From: Candidatus Hodarchaeota archaeon
Lineage (GTDB): Archaea > Asgardarchaeota > Heimdallarchaeia > Hodarchaeales > Hodarchaeaceae
Length of the DNA: 26,010 nucleotides
Direction: 5' to 3'
NCBI GenBank assembly: GCA_016839785.1
Contig: JAEOTQ010000052.1
Span: 1-26,010, forward strand
Shown one piece after another: positions 18,440 to 26,010 of this stretch. Position 1 is the first letter of the stretch, and every line of letters begins with the position of its first letter. The notes under the pieces were generated by a model, which was not told the DNA's origin, ran no database searches, and saw only the letters and a program-made list of their open reading frames with translations. The position numbers and the translations under genes are program-made.

Positions 18440-19479
18440 CAAACACGAGGAATAGGCTCCCCAATAGGTTTATCCAAGATTCTATGCCCACCAATGGTCG
18501 TTTTTAGGAAGACTTGCCCTTTTCGGGAATCTTTAACCTGTCCAATCGCAACTGCTTGTTCCCCAAGATGATTAGATCTTAATAGATTCAGGACTTTGTC
18601 AGCATCGTCTGGATGGACTGCAATTATTGCTTTTCCCTCACAGGAAACATGCAAAGGGTCAATTCCGAATATTTCAGCTACGATTTTCACATCGTCTGAG
18701 AACGGAAGGGCAGTCTCATCAAGCCAAATGGAAACATTTGATTTGGTTGCCCACTCGGTTAAAACGCCTGTTAGTCCTCCACGAGTAGGATCTTTCATAG
18801 CGTGTACTCGATAGGCTAAAATGGGCTGAATTAAGGATTGTAATGCTGCTACATCTGATTTTAATTCGGTTTCTAGTTCCATTCCCTCTCTAGTAACAAG
18901 CATTGCAAATCCATGATCTCCTAGTGAACCTGTTGTAATAATAACATCTCCTGGAACAAGTGAACTATCAGTTATTCTCTGACCCGATGGTATTTCGCCA
19001 AGACCAGTTGTATTTATTATTAATCCAGTTTCATCCATCGATCCTATTGGCATGACCTTGGTATCGCCAGCAACAATACCAATCTTGTATTCTTCGGTAA
19101 TAGCAACAATGGTATCGATAATTTTAGCTAGATCGGCAAACTTTAGTCCCTCTCTTATTACAAGCGCAAGTGTCATTGCAATAGGATGGGCACCCATCAT
19201 AAGAAGATCATTTATCGTTCCAGCTGCTGCCAAAGTACCAATATTCCCTCCACGGAAAAATAACGGAGAAACCGTAAAGGAATCTGTAGTGAGAACAATA
19301 TCAATAGACCGATCTGGGAGAGGGATTATTGCTCCATCGTCGAATGATTCTACTCCTACTCCTTCTTCTGTAATTTTTTTAGTTTTTATTCGACTAGTTA
19401 TAAATTCAAGGAGAATATCCATTTTCTTTCCTCCTTGTCCCATGTCCAGCTCCACTATTTTGTAATCAATAGTATCCAA
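18436..19479 (-). CDS. hypE: Hydrogenase maturation carbamoyl dehydratase HypE
   Basis: TTDSFTVSPLFFRGG.IG.LA..GT.ND, GDTKV, MKDPTRGG and C-terminal PRVC. Confidence 0.97.
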   Translation of the reverse strand: MDTIDYKIVELDMGQGGKKMDILLEFITSRIKTKKITEEGVGVESFDDGAIIPLPDRSIDIVLTTDSFTVSPLFFRGGNIGTLAAAGTINDLLMMGAHPIAMTLALVIREGLKFADLAKIIDTIVAITEEYKIGIVAGDTKVMPIGSMDETGLIINTTGLGEIPSGQRITDSSLVPGDVIITTGSLGDHGFAMLVTREGMELETELKSDVAALQSLIQPILAYRVHAMKDPTRGGLTGVLTEWATKSNVSIWLDETALPFSDDVKIVAEIFGIDPLHVSCEGKAIIAVHPDDADKVLNLLRSNHLGEQAVAIGQVKDSRKGQVFLKTTIGGHRILDKPIGEPIPRVC

Positions 19480-19638
19480 TATTAATTACCATCCTTTTAA
19501 GTATCATTATTGACGCGAAACAATCTGGTATCTATCTACTAAACTAAATATCGATAAAATACCTTTAAGAATTTATATGTGCTTCCTTGCAATCATTATT
19601 TCAAGAAGATGGTTTAAGGTATACTGAGGTGAATATCA

Positions 19639-21210
19639 ATGACTCTTGGACAACCTGATACAGTTATTTATAATGGGAATATAGTGACCTTCGACGATAA
19701 AAATACTACCGCACAGATGATTGCAATAACGGATGGAAAATTCAGTTATGTGGGAGACCACGATGAAGAATTAATTAAGAAGTCCAATAGGTCTATTAAT
19801 CTTGAAGGAAAAACTATACTTCCAGGCTTCATTGACCTTCATACACACCTTTGGACTGAAGCCAACATAATAGATGTTGATCTAGGCGGAATTAAAACAC
19901 GTGAAGATACCTTAAAGAAAGTAGAAAAAACTGTCATATCTAAAAAACCTCATGAGTGGGTTTTTCTCTCGGGTTGGGATGAATCTTTCTGGACCGATAA
20001 AAAAGAATTTCCTACATTGATAGAGTTAGATAGAATAAGCAAAATAAATCCTATATACATGAAAAGAGAAGATGGACACCTTGTTGTTGTGAATTCACTG
20101 GCATTGGAGCAGTTATCAATTCCAACAGAGCATAAAGGGGTAATGAAAGATAAAGATGGACTACCAACGGGGGTTTTGAAAGATGTTTGGCTTGATCTAA
20201 CCCCCTATTATCAGAAACTTATTCCAAGAAGTATTAAAGCATCCTGTGAAATTGCTGCATCTGTTGGAATAACAGCTGTTGTTGATAATCTTACTATCAT
20301 GCCAGAAGGTCAGAAAAACATCTTGAAGGAATATTTTGAGTTAGATTTAAAGAACGAACTGCCAATACGTATTTTTTTAAACCCAACTCGTGATTTGATG
20401 AAAAAATATGTTGAAGAAGGTGTAAAGCGAAACCAAGGAACTGATAAGTTGCGTTATTCTGGATATAAAGGTTTTTTTGATGGTGCAATTGGATCTCATA
20501 CAGCTATGCTATCTTTCGAGTATGTAGATGTAGGTAATAGGGGGGATAAATTTCTAGATGAAGCAGAGCTAGTGTCGCAGATTAAATTTGCAGAAGAAAA
20601 TGAGTGTACCATTTGCATTCACGCAATTGGCGATCAAGCTATAGAAAAATTGCTAGATTGCTTTGAAGAAGGAGTGAGAAGAGCTGGTAATGCCGTTACT
20701 ATGAATAAACATAGAATTGAACATGCTGAAATGATAAATGATATTCAAATTGGAAGGACGAAGAAACTTGGAATCATTCTTTCAATGCAACCCAACTTTT
20801 TGAAATGGCAATATCCTGGAGAATTATACGAACAGCGTCTTGGAAAAGACAAAATATCCTCATTAAATCGGTTTAACAGAATTTTACAATTAGGAGCTCA
20901 TTTGTCCTTTGGTTCAGATAATATGCCTCTCTCTCCATTATATGGAATACGTCAGTCAGTTATTTTTCCTTCAAAAGATACACAAATATCAGTAAAAGAG
21001 GCAATTAGAGCATACACTATAAATAATGCAGTTTCTCTATCCGTAGAACACGAATTAGGCAACATTGTTGAGGGAAAATTTGCTGATTTTGTTATCTTGG
21101 ATAAGTCACCATTTGCTCTAGACTCTACAAGAATAGAGGAAATAAACGTGGTAAAGACTTATGTTCAAGGACTGTGTGTATACAATGGAGAATTGAATTC
21201 AACAAATTAA
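19639..21210 (+). CDS. Amidohydrolase 3 family (YtcJ-like) metal-dependent hydrolase
   Basis: PGFIDLHTH, K.FFDGAIGS.TA, IHAIGD, RIEHAE, GSD and GKFADFVIL. Confidence 0.92.
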   Translation: MTLGQPDTVIYNGNIVTFDDKNTTAQMIAITDGKFSYVGDHDEELIKKSNRSINLEGKTILPGFIDLHTHLWTEANIIDVDLGGIKTREDTLKKVEKTVISKKPHEWVFLSGWDESFWTDKKEFPTLIELDRISKINPIYMKREDGHLVVVNSLALEQLSIPTEHKGVMKDKDGLPTGVLKDVWLDLTPYYQKLIPRSIKASCEIAASVGITAVVDNLTIMPEGQKNILKEYFELDLKNELPIRIFLNPTRDLMKKYVEEGVKRNQGTDKLRYSGYKGFFDGAIGSHTAMLSFEYVDVGNRGDKFLDEAELVSQIKFAEENECTICIHAIGDQAIEKLLDCFEEGVRRAGNAVTMNKHRIEHAEMINDIQIGRTKKLGIILSMQPNFLKWQYPGELYEQRLGKDKISSLNRFNRILQLGAHLSFGSDNMPLSPLYGIRQSVIFPSKDTQISVKEAIRAYTINNAVSLSVEHELGNIVEGKFADFVILDKSPFALDSTRIEEINVVKTYVQGLCVYNGELNSTN

Positions 21211-21258
21211 CTTCCTTGAAATAGCGTTTTACATCTAATTAAACGTGAGGATCAGAAA

Positions 21259-22254
21259 ATGCAGCACCAACCACGTGTCTTATTAACGCATAATATACCA
21301 AAGAAAGGAATTGACCTATTAAAGGAACATTTCGAAGTCTATATCCTAGAACCAGATAATTCTATAGACGTTCAATTGAACAAGTTGTTGCCCTCATTTG
21401 ATTATCTTATTCCTCTTTTATCAGTGAGGATAAGTGGTGACCTTCTGAGAAAGTGCCCGAAATTAAAGGGTATTGCTAATTATGCAGTGGGCTATAATAA
21501 TATCGATATTGATGCCGCAATTGAATGCGATATCCCAGTTTCAAACACACCAGATGTTCTAACTAATGCCACAGCAGATCTAACATGGGGATTAATTCTT
21601 GCCAGTATGCGTAGGATTGTTGAAGGGGATCAAGAATGTCGTCAAACAAGCTTTTCAGGATGGGCCCCTGAGTATATGCTGGGGTATGAAATAACTGGAA
21701 AGACCCTAGGAATTATAGGGATGGGAAGAATTGGTGCTGCGGTTGCAAAGAGGGCTACAGGCTTTGATATGAAAATTTGCTATTATTCTCGTTCACCCTC
21801 CAAATATAATTCAGAATTACTGAATATGGAACAAATAATCGATTTTAAAAATTTCTTGAAGTCTTGTGATATCATTAGTCTGCACGTACCATATACAGAA
21901 GAAACGCATCATCTCATAGGTGAAAATGAGTTTGATCTGATGAAGAAAGATTCATTTTTAATCAATACATCCCGTGGAAAAGTTGTTGACGAAGTAGCTT
22001 TAATCAACGCACTGAAAGAAGGTAAAATTGCTGGGGCGGGTCTAGATGTCTATTATAATGAACCAATAATACCAAAGGAATTACGTGATCTGAATAATAC
22101 TGTCTTAACTCCCCATATTGGTTCTGCGACAAAATTTGCCCGTGAATTGATGGCGAAAATGGTCGCTGAGAACATAATAGCTATCGAAAATGGATTTCCA
22201 CCTCCCAATATAATACCTGAAATGAAAAAAGAAAGTGTGAAAGGAAATCACTGA
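21259..22254 (+). CDS. gyaR: D-2-hydroxyacid dehydrogenase (glyoxylate reductase / D-glycerate dehydrogenase-like)
   Basis: AVGYNNID, NTPDVLT.ATAD, GIIGMGRIG, INTSRG, AGLDVY..EP and TPHIGSAT. The gene symbol is tentative. Confidence 0.88.
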   Translation: MQHQPRVLLTHNIPKKGIDLLKEHFEVYILEPDNSIDVQLNKLLPSFDYLIPLLSVRISGDLLRKCPKLKGIANYAVGYNNIDIDAAIECDIPVSNTPDVLTNATADLTWGLILASMRRIVEGDQECRQTSFSGWAPEYMLGYEITGKTLGIIGMGRIGAAVAKRATGFDMKICYYSRSPSKYNSELLNMEQIIDFKNFLKSCDIISLHVPYTEETHHLIGENEFDLMKKDSFLINTSRGKVVDEVALINALKEGKIAGAGLDVYYNEPIIPKELRDLNNTVLTPHIGSATKFARELMAKMVAENIIAIENGFPPPNIIPEMKKESVKGNH

Positions 22255-23945
22255 ATTTTATTTAGATTTCCTTTACAATAGGGACAAACTCTGACTCCAG
22301 TTTTTCCAATGTCCTCATAACAATTTGCACACACCATACGTGAACATTGATCACATTGGTATGCAGAATCAGTTGAAGGATGTTGTTCATTGTCTAATTG
22401 ACAGAAAAACGTCTTTCTTTCATCTGGGAAAAACTTGTAAGAATCGGTTTTCTGTTCGACAGGTGTTCCACAATTCTTACAGAAACGACTATCCGCTTTT
22501 ATTGTATCGCCGCAATTCTTACACCATTTAGAGTTTGCAGGTGTTGTTGTTTTAGGGGTTCCATAATCACGTCCGTGAAGTTTCGCTCCACAATTTGTAC
22601 AAAATACATCACTAGGTCGATAAACCGCTTTACACCTGTGACATGCAGTTTTTGGAGGTGACGGCGTCATACTAGGCGTTGTAGTTTGTGTTGATGATGT
22701 ACCTGGGGATGAAGCTACTGCTGCCGCAGTTTTCTTAGAACTCCTTCTTTGAATTACAGCAACAATAAGAACTAAGACAACGATAACACCTATACCTGCT
22801 AACCATGGTGTAGCACCCTTCCAATGGTCTTCATAAGTTACATTCGTATTATAACTTACTTCAAAGGTAATATCCACAGATTCTGAAGGATTGACGAATG
22901 GATCCATGTAGATGAAGAAGTACCAAGTACCATCATTCGGGACAGTAAATGAATCTGATGGTACTAGATCGACATTTTCAATAACTAAATCAGCTACTGA
23001 GACATCGATATTGTCTACCGCTACATAATTAACTTGAAAATCGACACTGATTGGTTCTGTTGTCGGGTTATACCATACTAGATACCAATCTTGAGGGCGT
23101 GGAACCAAAAACGTGTTTGCATAGTCACCAGAGCCATTATAGGACTGTTCGGGGACTATTGTTTCCCAATTATTCCACCGATTAAGATCATTAGCATCAG
23201 TAATGAAAAATTCAATATTCCCAGCTGAAGTCACAGTGAAGTTGTAAGTTAATACAGACCCCTTTTTTAAAAAATACCCAAGGTATTCATAATCATGATC
23301 AGGCTCAATGATCATATCACTTTCGGAATAGCTCCCTGTCAGATCCTTATTCTGCGGGAAATTCTCAAATGGCTGATCCCAGATGATAAACGTCACCTCA
23401 CTTCGCAGCTCACCTAGCGCTTGCATGCTATAATCTATAGTCTGACCTTGTTTCATTGGTTCTCGTTCATACCAATACTCATTGTACCAAATAGTTTGCG
23501 TATCCTGGTATGTGACCGTTCCACTCGCATTACTACTCGCAAATGGATATGGAATAAAAGCCATACTAATCAATGGTAAAATTATGAGCAAGGCAATGAT
23601 ACCCAAAACAGCACCACCACCCCAATAAACTGGAGCATAGTACCATCTTCGGTAAGGATATCCCCACCACCAATTCCAATGCCACCATCGCCGATACCAC
23701 GGCCGATAATATCCACCCCAATATCGACGATGTCGTCTATGATGATAATTTCTTCCTGGTCGGGATCTTGGTGCCCGTGAAACAGTTCGACGAGAACCAG
23801 TACGGCCAAAAGGACGTCCTGAGCTTCTTACTGATCCTACTCTGAAACTACGGCTTCCACCTCGGAATCCACCTCCTCGAAAACCTCCACCACCCCGAAA
23901 GCCACCACCGCCACCTCTAATACCTCCACCACCACCACGAGGCAT
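22248..23945 (-). CDS. Two-TM membrane protein: N-terminal RGG/aromatic low-complexity region, extracytoplasmic beta domains, double zinc ribbon and C-terminal RING-like finger
   Basis: (F/I)RGGGG repeats, two hydrophobic helices, CxxC-x10-CxxCG twice, and a terminal Cys cluster ending CPYC. GGAGG RBS. Confidence 0.85.
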   Translation of the reverse strand: MPRGGGGGIRGGGGGFRGGGGFRGGGFRGGSRSFRVGSVRSSGRPFGRTGSRRTVSRAPRSRPGRNYHHRRHRRYWGGYYRPWYRRWWHWNWWWGYPYRRWYYAPVYWGGGAVLGIIALLIILPLISMAFIPYPFASSNASGTVTYQDTQTIWYNEYWYEREPMKQGQTIDYSMQALGELRSEVTFIIWDQPFENFPQNKDLTGSYSESDMIIEPDHDYEYLGYFLKKGSVLTYNFTVTSAGNIEFFITDANDLNRWNNWETIVPEQSYNGSGDYANTFLVPRPQDWYLVWYNPTTEPISVDFQVNYVAVDNIDVSVADLVIENVDLVPSDSFTVPNDGTWYFFIYMDPFVNPSESVDITFEVSYNTNVTYEDHWKGATPWLAGIGVIVVLVLIVAVIQRRSSKKTAAAVASSPGTSSTQTTTPSMTPSPPKTACHRCKAVYRPSDVFCTNCGAKLHGRDYGTPKTTTPANSKWCKNCGDTIKADSRFCKNCGTPVEQKTDSYKFFPDERKTFFCQLDNEQHPSTDSAYQCDQCSRMVCANCYEDIGKTGVRVCPYCKGNLNKIQ

Positions 23946-23948
23946 TCT

Positions 23949-24914
23949 TTATTCCTCCTTTGTTATGGTGGAAATTTCACGGAAGATATAGTCACGTGAC
24001 ACTGCTGCTAGTAGACAAATTACCGCAATAATTGAAAATAGTAATCCACCAAAATCTATTTGAGCACTAGAGACACGTAAAACGTCCATTAAGATGAACG
24101 AAACAAACAATAACCATTCTACTATGATGGCTAATAGACCGACCAAGGTTCCAATAGCCTGCCAGTTTCGATTAATCTTTATCATCTTGTAGTCCGCATA
24201 TGCCCATTGAAAAATTGCATAGATACTAATAAGACCAAGAACGATAAAAATAACACTGTAGATTGACAAACCAAGCCATAATAAACCAAATTGACCTTGT
24301 ATATCCGTATAACGTATCCAAAATTCAGCACCGCGAGTCTCGAAAAGGTAATAGGTCGCTGTGAACCCACCTTGGCTGGCAATTGGAGCTTTCAAGTAAC
24401 CAACAATTCCTATGAGTGGAGCAAATATTCCAAAGAATAGAAAAAGGACCGACATAAGAATAGTAAAACTATAGTTCGCAAATCGGGGATTGGCAACTGC
24501 AATTAGACCTTTCTGATCTTCATATTTTTCAGGTAAAAATCCCCAGCAATCAGTTATAGTAGCAACACCGATTACTTCATCATTCTCCACAACAGGCACG
24601 ACAGATACATCTAAATCTCGCATGCGAGTAAAAGCATCGGAGACGGTAGTATCTTTCGTTACGGGCTCAATTGTGTACATGAGTTCCGTGACTTTTGACT
24701 CAGAGGACAAACCTTCTGCAACCATATTAGTTACAATATCAAAATCAGCAATGACACCTTGGTACAAATTATTGTCATCTAGAACAACTAAATCGGGAAT
24801 GCCATTTTCTTTCATTTTTTTTGCCGCTTCTTGGACTGAAGCATTAGCTGAAATTGTATCGTACTCATCATCAATCGTTAAATCTCGAACGAAGAATTCT
24901 TTCTCTTTTGACAA
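23949..24914 (-). CDS. CBS-pair protein fused to a four-helix membrane domain
   Basis: Two CBS repeats (ASVQEAAKKM...LVVLD...GVIADFDI; TVSDAFTRM....VPVVE...IGVATITD) followed by 4 TM helices. GGAGGT RBS and TTG start. Confidence 0.85.
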   Translation of the reverse strand: MSKEKEFFVRDLTIDDEYDTISANASVQEAAKKMKENGIPDLVVLDDNNLYQGVIADFDIVTNMVAEGLSSESKVTELMYTIEPVTKDTTVSDAFTRMRDLDVSVVPVVENDEVIGVATITDCWGFLPEKYEDQKGLIAVANPRFANYSFTILMSVLFLFFGIFAPLIGIVGYLKAPIASQGGFTATYYLFETRGAEFWIRYTDIQGQFGLLWLGLSIYSVIFIVLGLISIYAIFQWAYADYKMIKINRNWQAIGTLVGLLAIIVEWLLFVSFILMDVLRVSSAQIDFGGLLFSIIAVICLLAAVSRDYIFREISTITKEE

Positions 24915-25242
24915 CGTGAAAATAAACCTCCAACGGTTAGTAATGTTTCATTTCCAAATTCAATGAAAGCTAGGATATAAAGTTTTCAGTCATGGAATAC
25001 GGAAAGGATAGAACAGCGATTTTCTCTAGTCAGAATAAAGAGCAATACAAGTTTTACTAGTGTGGGAATAGTTCCTAGAGATAATCTATCAGGATGGTGT
25101 TTTCTTGTTATTTAGAAGAGATGAAAAACTTTGCCTGAAACGGTTTAGAAAGACAAAAATAAGATCGAAAAAATAAAAATTTATCTGTTTAATTACCTTC
25201 AGAAAGGAAATTGGGCTTTATTGACACAAAAATGTGATATTA

Positions 25243-25905
25243 ATGCTGTTTAAAAGAGACAAAAAGCTGTGGAAACGAGGAGAAGAGCTATTTGATCAAC
25301 TAGCAAAGGAACTTCAGGTAGCATCGGCAAAGCTAGCTAAAGCAGTAATAACATGGTGTAATTATGAACAAGATCCTGAAGCACGTCAAAAAATCGTTAA
25401 ATTACAAGATGAAATCATTGAAGCTGAAAGACGTTGTGACGATATTAAAGAAGAGTTAATTGATAGCATCTTCTCTAAAGGAGCTTACCTCCCCCAAGCT
25501 ACTGAAGATCGTCACCGACTTGTACGCTACATGGACACCATCGTTAATCGAACAGAAGTCGTCATTAGACGATTGTGTTCGAAAAAAGACTTTCCGTCAC
25601 GTATTCCCCATGAAATGCCTATTTTAGCTGAAAAAGTACAACGTTGCACCGATTATCTTCAAGATGCACTCAAATACTTGGACAAAGATTATGATAAAGC
25701 CCGAAACTTCGCAAGCAAGGTTGATGCAATGCGCGAAGAGGCACGAGATTTAGATTTCCATATTTTCGGACGTATTCATTCACCTGACTATCCTCCAAAA
25801 GACGCAGCGTATTTATATACAATTTCAGTCAGTTTGGTTAAAGTGAGCGAAGCAGCAGAGCAAACAAGTGATTATATTCAGACCATGACCGTCAAGTATG
25901 GGTAA
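25243..25905 (+). CDS. DUF47 / PhoU-like phosphate transport regulator
   Basis: Helical repeat pattern E..CD.IK.E.....F...YLP...EDR..L....D.I, and adjacency to a PiT transporter. Start is ATG 25243 or GTG 25234. Confidence 0.85.
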   Translation: MLFKRDKKLWKRGEELFDQLAKELQVASAKLAKAVITWCNYEQDPEARQKIVKLQDEIIEAERRCDDIKEELIDSIFSKGAYLPQATEDRHRLVRYMDTIVNRTEVVIRRLCSKKDFPSRIPHEMPILAEKVQRCTDYLQDALKYLDKDYDKARNFASKVDAMREEARDLDFHIFGRIHSPDYPPKDAAYLYTISVSLVKVSEAAEQTSDYIQTMTVKYG

Positions 25906-25928
25906 ATATCTATAGTTGAGGCCTCCCC

Positions 25929-26010
25929 ATGTCTGATTTACTGATTCTCCTATTCGCATTGGTAATGGCTTTTGCAGTTGCATTTGCTGCAGGTAGTAAT
26001 GATGAGATGA
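25929..26010 (+). CDS. PiT-family inorganic phosphate transporter (N-terminal fragment; runs off the window)
   Basis: MSDLLILLFALVMAFAVAFAAGSNDEM is a TM helix followed by the G(A/S)ND PiT signature. GAGG RBS; follows DUF47. Confidence 0.75.
   Translation, partial: MSDLLILLFALVMAFAVAFAAGSNDEM

Noticed and set aside
23850-23945. CCACC-rich tandem repeats as CRISPR or a DNA repeat
   Set aside because: They are the Gly/Arg codons of the RGG tract; there is no repeat-spacer structure and no cas genes.
24915-25242. Roughly 330-bp intergenic region as a possible ncRNA
   Set aside because: No convincing stable structure or tRNA fold is visible; consistent with divergent promoters.

Overview
AT-rich, gene-dense archaeal DNA, most likely from an Asgard archaeon (Heimdallarchaeia/Hodarchaeales-like). 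This is inferred from the TrmB regulator, DRG-type GTPase, TATA boxes, GGAGG/GGTGA ribosome-binding sites, a coiled-coil/winged-helix protein and a RING-like membrane protein. Gene order: partial TrmB regulator divergent from an ABC-2 exporter; HAD hydrolase; internally deleted tnpB (IS200/IS605/IS607-type) remnant; Dus; DRG GTPase; type IIA P-type Ca2+-ATPase; HtpX/M48 protease; vWA region, MoxR AAA+ ATPase and coiled-coil protein; a hypothetical protein; hypF, hypC and hypE; amidohydrolase; 2-hydroxyacid dehydrogenase; an RGG/zinc-ribbon/RING-like membrane protein; a CBS membrane protein; DUF47; and the start of a PiT transporter. The main finding is a canonical -1 programmed ribosomal frameshift cassette (A_AAA_AAC, 7-nt spacer, GC-rich hairpin) at the end of the MoxR gene. 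It would feed ribosomes into the start-less upstream extension of the vWA frame, giving both a 286-aa AAA+ protein and a ~629-aa AAA+-vWA fusion from one locus. Other highlights are an EF-hand-like loop in the M48 protease next to the Ca2+ pump, and a candidate eukaryote-like membrane RING E3 ligase.
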